Shown in pieces: positions 1 to 12,044 of a DNA stretch of 64,000 nucleotides. The notes beneath the pieces are model-generated. The model was not told the origin of the DNA. It ran no database searches and saw only the letters and a program-made list of their open reading frames with translations. The position numbers and the translations under genes are program-made. The DNA lies in contig CM106585.1 of NCBI GenBank assembly GCA_048013815.1, forward strand, positions 2,356,001 through 2,420,000, given 5' to 3'. Source of the stretch: Setoptus koraiensis. Its lineage: Eukaryota > Animalia > Arthropoda. How positions within the stretch are numbered: the stretch's first letter is position 1; each line of letters begins with the position of its first letter.

Positions 1-2219
1 TAGCTGTTTTTGGTCTCTGTCACTATTGTGTGTCCATCTTTGGGCACTTGACACAAACTGACTACAGACAACTATTGGTGTGCTCGTCTATGATTGTCGA
101 ACTAATCCCCCATGATTCATCATCATCATCATCATCATCAAGCTTGTTACGTGACGCTTAGAGTGGCCCGTTTATTGTTGTTGTTGTTGTTGTTGTTGCA
201 ATTATAAAATCATTTTTATATATTTTTATATTGGCACTCACACAGAACAGGGGGCACTTCTTGGCCGCAAGCTGTGTCCTAGACGAGGAGTCCGCTTGCG
301 AAACAGACATGGCCAACTAGACGCGACTAGAATCATATTGCGTATGTATGTCTCTATAATCTAATTTGCTCTAGCTGTGCGTGTGTGTGTGTGTGTGTGT
401 ATTTGTGTTTGCATTTGAGGTGAATTTCGTGCGATATCCAATTCTCTGACTCTTCAGATCTGTGGCAAGCCAGTCACTGGCTGCCAGTGTGCTGATTCAA
501 ATGGCGCGATACACACACACACACACAAAACTCGCTCGACGAGATGACGGCTCATGGGATGACGCAAATAATTAGAGGATGCCTGTATATTTGGCTCTCT
601 GCATTATAATGGCTGAGCGGCCTCGCGCTGACGTTTGTCGATCACTGTGGCGGCTGAATGCAGACAGCAGCAGCGCCAAACTGAACAACAGCTAGCGAGA
701 TGCACGAAACTACTTAATGGCTCATCTTTGACGATTCTGCATCCTGTCGCTTGCTCACTGTCACTGTCTCACTCTGGCAGAGACGGTCTCTGCAAACATC
801 ATTCAACAACTTCCAATGTGCGCCGTCCCGCACAAAAGGCCCCATGGTGGCACCCACAGTGTGCGAGATCTATTTATATGCGAATTGTCATGATGCAAGC
901 ACAAGCAAACTAATTTAGACCGTCGGCGGGCTTATCTCGCTATCTGTATTGTGTGTGATCGATAACCACAAATCACCTGTCGATGCGGTTCCTGCCGAAT
1001 GTGGTCGTCACTATGGACTGCACAGTATGGAGGCCCGCTGGTGCTCGTATGCCGCTGGTGCTCGTATGCCGCTGCCGGCGCGGTTTAAATTTATTCACTT
1101 ATTTCACCTATTTCGCATTTGCCACTGCCAGCGACATGTGTGTTCGGCCAGCATCGTCTGCGCACAACTACGAATAACGACGACTCACACGATGACGCCA
1201 CCGATGATGCCGACGATGATGCCAACGACGATGCGGCTAGACAGAGGTGGCAGCAAGTGATGATATCGTCGCACTAGATTGATCGGCTCACGGCCGCAAC
1301 AAGAAAAGGATTGTCGCTGACGAGTCGTTGCGAGAGCAGATAATCACTATTTATGCTCGCGAATGGCTTGCTGCGAATTTAATGACGCCGAATATCGCGT
1401 CCAAATTGTTCCGTCTCTGCATAAACACCCGCAACGCACTTATGCACAGTTGCAACAATTCGGCAAAGGGCGAGCGCAGGACGAACGATAACAAAAATGT
1501 TTCCACACTGACTGAATGTGCATTTTAATATTCAATATTTTCGTGTTTTCCACAGCGCCGACATGTAACCCTTGGCGCTTGCATCATGTCGCGCCAGGGT
1601 AATACGATCCTCGGCGGCGGCATAACAACCATTCTTTGTTTTCTTGGCAAAAGTGCCCAAAAGGCTTGGCCATTTGTGTCACACAAATTGTGTGCGTGTG
1701 CAACGACTAAACTCTGCGTCTATCTGTGACACTTTTGCTGCTTGCACCTATAGCTTGTTCAACAAAACAACTGACTGACAGAGAGAGCGACCAAGATAAA
1801 GCAGTTTCATCATAGTTAGTAGCTGTACAGCCGGCGAATAGAGAGATAAAATCTTGCTGGCACCGTCATACTTGCCGCCATTGGTGCTAGCTGAACAGTG
1901 TGATGGCCAGACAGCCGATTTTAAGATTTAAAAATTGCCCTTCTTTAGGCTTGCCTTCGATATGGCTGGTCTACTGCGGCACTGGCGGCTGATTGCATGC
2001 ACCGAGCCACTAACAATGTTGTGACACACACACAATTCTTTGTTGTGGTAGCATAACCTGGCAAGTGCAATACGGTTAACAACGGTAAGTGTCATCGTCA
2101 GCTGGCACACACACACACACTGACAGGTAGACTGTGAGTATGACAGTAGATTGCGCTTGTTAGTCATTTTTAGAATGCCTGCAAATGCCCAACGAGAGAG
2201 ATAGCAAGCTTTAGATAGG

Positions 2220-2250
<31 letters not shown>

Positions 2251-5200
2251 ATAAGCGAGCACACACAAGCACACGTTGAGCACGTCGAGCCGGAATGGGC
2301 CTCGCGCGCGCGATCTCGCCAATTTCGTCGCTGTTGTTGTTGGCGTCGATCTGTTTAGCAGCGCGAGTCAATGCGGAGAACAACTTGCAAGTGACATTCT
2401 GATATCTTTTTGTGTGTGTGTGTGCTTGCATCATTATCATCTTACACAAGAAAATGTCATTGTCGTGCCAGTGGCGCAACTCGGATCCATTAATGGAGCT
2501 GGCCGCTATTGCCAGTAGGTGCCCATTTGGCCCAGTTGGTCTGTCTACTTGACCTTGTTGCATGCTCGTGGTAGCTGGCACGTCACTTAAACAACTCTCG
2601 CTTCGTCTGTCTGTGTGTGTGTTTGCGAGTTTGCGAGCTTGCGAGCTCCAATGCGACGAGCACAAGCGTGAAAAGAGGGCGCGCTCACCAGAGACGAAAC
2701 AAATCGAAGGGCCTCACAACTGCCTGCTGGCTGGCTGGCTGGCTGGCTTGCCGGAGTAGCATTGGCCAGTGGTGCGGGCGCAGCCGACCAGTGTTGTGCT
2801 GGGATGCGCCCAAACGGGCGACCCATCAGATGAGAAGCAATCGAAACAACAGAGAGAGAGAGAGTTGTCGCCCGACACAACTGTCAGACACTGTCAAGAA
2901 ACTGGCTAGAAAGGGGCCAAAATGACGCCAATGACGAAGCCGTATTGTTGCTGCGCGTCGTGTTAGGTGGCTGCCCACACTGATGTTTGGTGTTTGCGCT
3001 TCGGGCCCGCTCTCTCTCTCTCTCTACTGACTCTCGCTCTGCCGTCTCTGTCGGCCGTCGCTGTCGGCCGTCGCTGGTGGACGTCGCTGTTGGACAGCGA
3101 CACGCAGCCACTACAATAATGGCGGGACACTTGTGTGGCACCAAGGCAAACAACACACACACTCTCACAATGTCTCGCCAGCGACCAAAACAAAGACATC
3201 TCTTTCTGTCGCTGTCCGCAGCAGCAAGCTGCCTATTATTTGCCAGCGAGCGTCACTTAGCTCGCTTACGTCATAGTGGCCGTGCGCTGGCTCAGTTGTC
3301 ATTTTGGATGTTGCTCTTTGTTTGCTTGTTACTTCGTCTTGGTGGCCGTACAACAATGACCAGCGTGCGCTGTAGCACACGAGCCACAAACGCCAACTCG
3401 AAAGAGCAATCCCTGTCGCTTTTTGCTCGCTAGCTTGTCAATTGCTGCTTGTGCACACCAATAAGGCACGTTGCTAGTTTAATTACAGCGTCTTAATTGA
3501 CGCACCGGTACAATGGCGATGGCACCGTATGAAAGAGAGAGAGAGAGCGTTGTCATGATTCGGCATTGGACTGGCTAAGTCACGCCTACCGTGTGTTTCC
3601 ATGAGAGAGAGAGAGCACACGACTCTAATTTACAAGTTGTGGCCGTATATGATTCATAGTGGCCATATTGGCCGCGATAACTCGCTTGCCGAGACGCCGC
3701 TGACATCACCAGCGGGGACCAACGGGACCTGTGAGAATGTTGGCGCGTTATTGGCTTAATTAAAGTCATTTGCTGGTGACGCAACACAGTTATGGCGCCA
3801 GCCACACACTGACAAACACTGCCAGCTAAATGAGTCGCTCAAGGTGATATAACCAACAACTTAGGTCAGTTGAATAGGTAATTTGGGCGCGCTTGCTTGG
3901 CCGTGCAAGTTGTGCTTGCCCATGCCCAGGCCGGTTGCTGCCCGTTATTAGCCAGTAGTGGGCCGAGTTGTGAGCGGCGCTATTTTGCGAAACGATGCCG
4001 CTAATAATTGATATGGGCCAGCCTTACCTGGTTAGTGTCACCGGTTAGTGTGGTGGCTATATGAGCAGATATCCGATAGTAACATTAAATCTATGTATAG
4101 AGTATAGGGGGCTCGCTGCACAGCTACGTGCATCATTCGAGCATCCATCACTAACCGCTACACATACATATGTTTATTTATATGGATACAGTTATGTCGG
4201 CATATGCAAACTACCGGCAAGCCCACACACACAATTTCGTCGGCGTGTTGACCTTCGAAGGTGGCCCAGTTTAGCGTAGTGCCGCCGGAAAGCTAGCCGA
4301 ATCGATCGGCCGGCACTGCAATAATGGCAGCGGTCATGATAAAATGCAACTGTAACTCTACTCTCCCCCGATAACGGTGTCAATGTGTATGCGTGTGCGT
4401 GTGTGTCTGAGTGCGCGTTGTGAAACCCGCCAGGAGCCCCAATTCATAATGGCAACAACGCCGGCCTATCATATCCTGCTCTCTGCGCGCCTCACTCAAA
4501 AAGCTGCCCACTGCGACACATAAAACTGCTAAAGCATGCTACCACTATTTGGGCTATTTGGGTTTTGAAAATCGACACAAAGCCAGCATGTTTGTTGGTT
4601 GGCTGTGCGCACTGGCGCTACATGCTTAATGGATGCGTAATTTGAAACATGAGACTTACATTTAGCGCTTGCATTCTATTCAGCGACTATATATCCCACT
4701 CAACGCCAATGTTTATCTTTTGTGTGGGCTCGCTTGATTGATTTAGTGGCGGCGCCCAAATCAGACGGCTTGCCAACAGGAAAAAAAGGGTACGGGCCAA
4801 CAGAGAGTGAGGCTTAGTTTGGAGGTCAATAATTGTCAGAGGGCACGCATACTATACCAACATACCGTATACTAACATACTATGTAACACACGGGGCGAA
4901 ATTCTTCTCTTCAACGGCAGCATAATTCTTAATGTATATATTGGGGATTAGTATGCACGGTGGGCCACGCCAATTCGCCTTGTGAGCAGCAGTTAATGCA
5001 AAAAGAATGAAATGCAACGGGCCCCTGCCGACCTGGGTTGCGTAAGCGCGCAAGTGCGAGTGTGTCAGTTGAAACGCACTATTTACATAGGTCGAGATTT
5101 AGACATTTGTCTAAAGCTGTTCTATTCCGTGCAAAGTTTATTATGTGAACTATGCAACTGAATGCAAATAATAACTGAATTTATATATACACACATCTAT

Positions 5201-8200
5201 TTAGAGATCTGCAGATCTAAATAGAGACATATGGAGAATTGGGAGGCTTCGTTCTCCTTGCCAGCCTGCCGTCTGGCTAGTCACTGGTTCACTCAGAGTT
5301 GCTGCAACAATAGACTCTCTCTCTCTCTCGCTCTCTCTGCCGTATTTTGTTGCAAAAATAGTCAATCTAAATGAACGATGCCTGTGTCTAAACACACACA
5401 CACACTCACAATGATGATGACATCGTATCAAGGCGACACATCATTTAGTCATGCGTCTCATGCACTTGAATGGGGCCCACAAGCGGGCAACTTCAACATT
5501 CGCTTCACAAACAAACTCGTGTGTTGTGTGTACAGTGCAATATGATGAATGAATTGAGCATGATCCGGCAAGAAAGAATTCACTTTCCCCTTGTTTGTCT
5601 TCCTGTCCTGGCGACCTACTTCTCTCTCTCTCTCTCTCTGTCTTTCTGTCCTTTACTTGCATTAAATCTGTCTAGTCGTGCATATTTGCTTTATCTAATT
5701 TGAGAGATTCAATGAGATCCAATGAGAGGAGAGAATAGGAAAAGAGAAGAGAGCTGAATACACACACATGCACGAAACAAACAAGCGAACAGATTACGGA
5801 GGCATTTGTGAGCCCTGGCTACATAGTTGGTAAGACCTTCGTTCGAATTGTGTGTGTTTATGAAATTGATGTTTGTCGTATAGGCTCCGCCTCGGGCACA
5901 CAGAGTGGGGCGCCAAATGGAATGAAAAACAGTAATACCTAACATACGAACAAAACAAACGTGAACTTGAATTCTTGGGCTTGCCTGACAAGAAGATGTC
6001 GTTGGTGCTACTAGCAACGACATCAACACAAGAGAGATTGGCCATACGACGACGATATAAGTGTTCATTAGTTCAATATATATCCCCTTTCATATCCATT
6101 GTATGACCTATTGTGCGATATATTCTCAGCATCTGCCCACTAAAGCAAGCAACTAGCGAGCTAGATGAGAAGAGCCTCTGTTGTTGTTGTTGTTGTTGTT
6201 GAGATCTTTTGTGAGCTTGTGAGCTTGCGCTGAGCAAACAACAGCTACTTTACAAGCTGGCCGAGCCAGCCTCCAATTACTGCTACCATCAATGTTGCCT
6301 CATATACAAGCTCGTTATATAGGGTAGAGAGGCGAAATTCTGTCAAATTTAATCTTCGTCAAAGGCTGTACTGGTGCAGCAACGTTCACAAATATATATA
6401 ATATATAATAATATTGTGTGAGCAAGATGAGAAAAAGTGAGCCCATCAAGAGCAAGCTTTAGATGGCAGACTGCAGATTGGACATAGAAATTGTTTTTAG
6501 TTGCTTTCTCTCTGTCTCTCTCTCTCTCTCTCTGCACGCACAATATTATATATATTTGCGAGCTGTATACACAGCAAGTTATGTAATGTTAAGGTCAACA
6601 AAGAGCTTACAGTTTCCAATGATCGTTCATGTTTGCTTTTTGCAGCAAAAACTAATCTTGATGTCTCAATTGCTTTCAAAGGCTGCTGCCGTGATTGCAA
6701 ATCAATGATGGCATCAGCTACATAACTCAACTCATAACTCAAACTGGGCTACACTCACAGCTTGTCAGGTGGCCTTTTTAGCGTCGGGACGCAATTCATG
6801 TAGATTAGTTGTTGTTCCACTAATAGGATCATTATGTTAATCTTGTGATGAACACCAAGATAGTAAATTGGGAGCAGGAACTGTCAAATTAATTTGCCGA
6901 CCAAGCAACCAAGTTAGCTGGTTACTAGTGAAATAATACCATACCTTAAATTCTCATCTACATCATTGCTTGAAAGTTTTGAGCAGCCAACGACACTGCT
7001 GACCACTGTTAGCTTGGCCAGCTCAATTAGTGACAATTCATGTTTGACATTTCCAATGGTTAATTGTTCGACCTCGCACAGTTTTCGTTTTGTCTGACAA
7101 AAGGTGAGTGAGTGACACTTGCACTTTTGTCGCATAAACTTGTTTGTTGTTGCACTACCGACCTCAGCTACTACTGCTGTGTTGGACAATGATGGAATCA
7201 CACCCTCTCTACTTTCAAATATTTTCCACCAATAGGTCAACTGAAGATCTCGCGCGCATTGTAACGAGACGTCTGAGAAATACATTAGTTGCTTGTCAAA
7301 CAAATAGCAAGTTGATAGCAGTCAATAGCATACCGATAAATACAATGCAAGCAAGGAGACAACAGTGACTCGAGATAACTAGATGCAACCCTGCAGCATC
7401 AATATGACAACAGTTAGATCGCTGCGTCCAATTTACGGCCACCAAGCGATCAAATAAACTATTGAGTTGAGCACAGGAACAGAAAAGGTGAAAACGGGCT
7501 GAAAGGGGCAACAATTTCTATGCGACAGTTCCAATGGCACATTTTATCGGGGTTTTAAGGCGAGCTAGAGCCGGTAATTATTGTATATATTGAGTTTGTT
7601 TACGAGGAGCGCCACTGCCATTAACTGATGAATAAAGCGTCATGTACACACAAACAGGACCAAGAGTGACATTTTCTTGATGGGCTGCCTACTTGCAAAA
7701 GGCTCATCACTAGCTCAAATATTGGCCCATTTGCGATAATCTTGTTACAATTTTCACAACACACAACACATACAACTGTGTAATTATGACTCGCCAGTTT
7801 GATTCAATCAATTTAAAGCTCTTGCACAGAGACCTGGTTCACCTTGTAAGGTCAACTGACGATCAATGATAACAATAGGGCGCTGTGAGGAGATGACATA
7901 TGTTAACTTCCGTCATTCACAAGTGCGTTAGGTTTTATGAAATACATTACGACATTTACCATACTGTACATTCCGACGAGCTCAGTTGGAAACAGACGAC
8001 CGTTGGTCGGTTGTTTTTGTTCGTCTTAGCAATAGTGTGGTTAATTTCTGGTTTATTTGCAAGCTGTCAAGACTGACACGCACAAGATACTAGGCTGCTT
8101 TCGCTCGGCCAGGTCGGCGTGCGTGCCGAAAAAGGCTTTTGGCCATGCGCAAGCCTCAAAAAAGAACAGAATGTTCCAGAAGCAAAGAATAAAAGCAAAT

Positions 8201-8439
8201 TGTCAAATGGTTATCATCATCCGTTTCCGACTCGGCTCGCCGGCGAGATATACGAGGATGGCCTTGTTATGGCCGAATGTGGGAGCTCATGTTACCTAGC
8301 GTGTTTTGTGAACCACGCGGGTCAACATGTCATGTTATTATTGAAATAACTGTAATTAAAATGTGCTACATGTAAAAGTGGGGAGCTTTAAAGTGAGACT
8401 AGAATGGTAATGAACAAATATGAGAGGCCAGGCTATCTG

Positions 8440-8544
8440 ATACAGGTGAATAGGAGCGAATGCGAAAGAGATTCACAGGTGAATTAGTGTGAATACAGGT
8501 GAATAGGAGCGAATACGAAAGAGATTCACAGGTGAATTAGTGTG
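8440..8544. repeat. Tandem duplication of a 53-bp unit (2 copies, 1 substitution) upstream of TMEM256
   Basis: ATACAGGTGAATAGGAGCGAAT(G/A)CGAAAGAGATTCACAGGTGAATTAGTGTG starts at 8440 and again at 8493; each unit holds two ACAGGTGAAT. Confidence 0.95.
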
Positions 8545-8846
8545 TTTGTGGATAAATGTTGGCAGTGCGCTCACTGGCGTTACAGTTTCAACGCTCACAG
8601 CGACCTCGTCTGGATTTTTATCGAACTGACAATGGACTGTTGAATTGTGAGTCACACAACTGCTGCTGTGTATAACGATTATATCATGCACACGCATAAA
8701 CAAACAAAAAGGTCGGACACAAGCCAAATACATTGTTGCTTCTCATTATTATTATCCTACATCCTGAAAATTACTCCATCACATCTCTTTCGACTACCCA
8801 GGTGACAGGTGAAAATTACACTGGACTATTGGACATATTAAATATA

Positions 8847-9482
8847 ATGGACCAATTAATTAATGCCACCTCGTCGGTGCTTGGCACTGCCGTATCCACT
8901 ACAGCATGGGCAATAAAGCCCATCTTGAGACAGTTGGGCACTGGCCAACAACAGATACCACCTAGCGTGGTCAATCAAACCATTGTTAACCAGATGCCAC
9001 CCAACGTTAGGAAATGGATTGGATTGGCCGGCTTATTTGGAGCCAGTGCCGTCGCGATTGGCGCTTATGGGGTAAGTGACTCGCTTGCATCATGATAAAC
9101 CGACCATACCAACCGACCATGTGCCCACTGCCGAACTGAAGCTAATATATAAGTTAATAATATTGATCTAATTCTCCTCTCTAAAACTCATCTACTCTAG
9201 GCACATGTCGTATACCCCAAACCGCCTGAGATCATCTCAGACTCGAGGAAAGCTGTCTTCGAGACAGCTAATAAATACCATTTCATACACTCCTTAGCAT
9301 TAATAGCAGTTCCTTTCTGCCGTTACCCTAAGGTTTCTGGGTTATTATTCATCACAGGCATGCTTCTTTTTTCTGGAACATGTTATCAGCATGCCCTAAC
9401 TGGGAATGATTCCATTACCCAGTATACGCCATACGGTGGAATGGCGTTCATCCTAGCCTGGTTATCATTGGCATTACCATAG
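8847..9482 (+). CDS. TMEM256: Transmembrane protein 256 homolog (DUF423 family), join(8847..9071,9201..9482), 168 aa
   Basis: Exon 1 ends ...WIGLAGLFGASAVAIGAYG at GGG|GTAAGT. The acceptor CTCTAG| at 9200 resumes in phase 0 with AH...FETANKYHFIHSLALIAVP...LFSGTCY..ALTG....TPYGGMAFILAWLSL*. These match the TMEM256/DUF423 hallmarks (GAYGAH, N+YHFxHSLAL, PxGG..I.GWL). The intron is 129 nt. Confidence 0.92.
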
Positions 9483-10773
9483 TAGATAGAATCCAAATTG
9501 TAAACTGATAGTAATACATTGTGACATCTGAAGCTGTAGATAGAGCACCAACAAGCAGAGTGTAAATAAGTGAGCATATCTCCATGGTACCACTATAAAT
9601 AAAATCTTGGCGATTAAAATTCTTCCATCACATATATACATATACCATCTCATAATGTGTGCAAACACTATCGACATTCCTCGTCTACCAAACTGTCTAC
9701 CGAATGGGAGGAGGGATCGAATATTCTTAATAATGTCATATTGCTCACCATTGACTTTAGGTTTGAATGATAGTGTACCAAAATACTGTCAATACGTTTA
9801 CGGTACCACGATATACTAGCTTTGGTAGAGACCTTCCAAAGGTAGCATAAACCTGCATAAGTCTGTGAAATGACTCTTTAGTGACTATGAAAACACTTAG
9901 AAAACAGACATAAGCTACCGACGACCAACGACAATGATCGGAGAATCGTGGCAGATGAGTGTAATATTACTCAGCTCGACAATATATCTCAAATGCGGTG
10001 ATAATATTTTGTGGACGACTGTAAACCTTGATCTAAAATTGTTTGACTTTAGAGGTGAGTAAGTTGTTTGAGCTGACCAAAGAGAACTTTTGCCTAGTAT
10101 CGTACGTAACTGGCCTGTTTGACTATTGCTGGCAGTGATTTGATCTTATTTCTTTTGAAACTTAGTGAATAGCGTTGTCTCTTGTGACGGTCTTGTCGTA
10201 TCCGTTACCGTAGTTGTTGCTGTTTGCAACTTTTTGGTGTCTTGTTTCTTTTGAAACGTACTGGATAGCGATGATGACAAGGAGTGTTTTCGGAGTGTTT
10301 TTTTTTGGTCCTCGATTTTTGAAAACAGTTTATGGTTGGAAAGGTCTGTCCCAGGTGGAGCCAGAAATCTGGTTTGCTTCTCTTTCCGGTTTGTTGTTCA
10401 CACGCGAAACTTTAACTTAGAGGCCCCGTTTCACCCAGAGAGAGCTGAGATACAAGGTTAATTTAGGCTCTGAACGGCGTCTCCTCCAGTGAACTAAAAG
10501 ACGAAATAAAAAAACGGAGAGAAAAGTCGCGCAATCTTGGTTAAAATCACGAAAAACCTAAGATATCGGGACTAAGACTTTCTCACAAATGTGCCCTATA
10601 TTGTGAAAATCATAGGCGATCCTAAGAGGTTTTTCACAAAATAATGGGAGAAAAAGGGCATGGGCTGTGAGAGATGGGCAGGAGTCGAAGAGTAAAGAAA
10701 AAAATGCAAGCAAGAACCAAAGTTTGCAGAAATTTAGACATCCTGCCGCATTTTCGCATTTCAAAATATTTTA

Positions 10774-10776
<3 letters not shown>

Positions 10777-10852
<76 letters not shown>

Positions 10853-10924
10853 CTCTCTCTCTCTCTATCTATCTCTCTCTCTCTCTCTATCTATCTATAT
10901 CTCTCTCTCTCTATCTATCTATCT
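10777..10924. repeat. Long (CT)n microsatellite grading into mixed CT/CTAT units
   Basis: About 70 bp of pure CT repeat followed by CTCTAT/CTAT-interrupted repeat, seen directly. Confidence 0.97.
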
Positions 10925-10987
10925 CCTACTCATCAAGTACCGTCCCATTCTTTGCAAGCTCTTACAGACGCTTGTTAATCACTGTTT

Positions 10988-12044
10988 TTAATCATACCTG
11001 TATGATGTTGATAGAAGCTTCTCTTTATCTTGGTGGAATTTGTTCACAAGATCCGAATCAATCTCGTTGATTTGCTCATTCACATCAAAGGTCTTAGGGC
11101 CCACTTCAGAAAACAGGCTTTCAGGTATCGCACCCTTCGGTTCGACCAATGCTAAATCTGCAGTATGGCAATATTAGAGAGTATCTAGCCAGCGTCTCAC
11201 TCGTGGGCGGTGTCTCCAGCCTTGAAACCTCTGTAAGCTAATCTCATGATCGGATAGATTGAGCTTTCAGCGTAGCTACAAATCAATCGGCAAGATTGCA
11301 AAAGATTAGTCAAACGGTCAATTGCTTCTTGGCTATCCAACCGAATGCGAACACTGGGTTTCTGGTGGGTACCCTTTTCATCACGCTTGAATAAGAAAAA
11401 TCCAGTTGTGAGCAGGTTTTCCGGTGAGTCAACTTTGGAAGACACATGGTCTTCGAAAATCTTGCGGACAGTTTGATCATTTTCCACAACATCGAAGCTT
11501 CTTTTGAGCACCTCGTGTGATTGTTCTGCTTGCTCTAGTTTCGTTTCGACACTTCTTTTGCAGGTAAGAGCAACCTGGCCGAATAGCAATGTAGTGAATT
11601 GAAGCAATCCATGAGTCGTTCCGTCCTCCTTTGCTCGAGATGCAGTGCTAGTAGTGTAATAATTGAATCGCAACAACTCATGGACGAAACTCTTTTCGCA
11701 CACAGACTGCACTGTTCGCATTTTTTGAACAATTTCGTATAGCTCTCTCACATCTTGCTCGCCTACATAACTTTGCAAACAGTCGTTGATGAGTTTGGTT
11801 GTCTCTTTGCTGTTCAGTTCCGGTGTTTGGTCCAGCTCGTTTGCAAATTCTATGAATTTCGATACTGAGTCGAGCGATTTTATTCTGCTCTCGCAAAGGG
11901 AATTTGATGATGTCCATAGTTCCCCTAGGCCAGCTGAAATGCTGGCAGCGGGTTGGTTACCAAAGAACGAACTGCGAAAGACCGAAAATCCAGCGGAACA
12001 ACTCCTGCGACCAATAATAAGAATGACACTTGTTGTATTGACAT
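10988..12044 (-). pseudogene. Orphan secreted-type gene that is disrupted or unusually spliced
   Basis: The main frame is stop-free from about 12054 to 11197 (about 285 codons, helical, spaced Cys) but has no in-frame ATG upstream of the body. An ATG at 12044 in another frame gives MSIQQVSFLLLVAG, a signal-peptide-like stretch. A further coding-like segment (ADLALVEPKGAIPESLF...STSYRYD*) ends at 10988 in a shifted frame, after a GTGAGA...CTAAT...CTGCAG element. Confidence 0.5.

Noticed and set aside
2443-2552. Short ORF MSLSCQWRNSDPLMELAAIASRCPFG with a repressor-helix-like LMELAAIA
   Set aside because: Only about 32 codons with no convincing flanking splice sites or partner exons.
4884-4910. 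ACACACGGGGC resembling the RNase MRP 3-prime conserved region
   Set aside because: The complementary GAAAGTCCCC-type P4 strand is absent upstream.
8057-8349. Two overlapping ORFs and a GC-rich structured patch including CCAGGTCGG (SRP-like)
   Set aside because: No continuation of the SRP consensus; more simply explained as the TMEM256 promoter or 5-prime region.
635-8400. Many 60-245 aa ORFs on both strands in the ORF track
   Set aside because: They run through CA/GA repeats (CVCVCV, SLSLS, ERERE), overlap on opposite strands and show no domain or splice-supported structure.
10667-10991. ORFs of 103-105 aa with SLSLSL runs
   Set aside because: Translation of the CT microsatellite.
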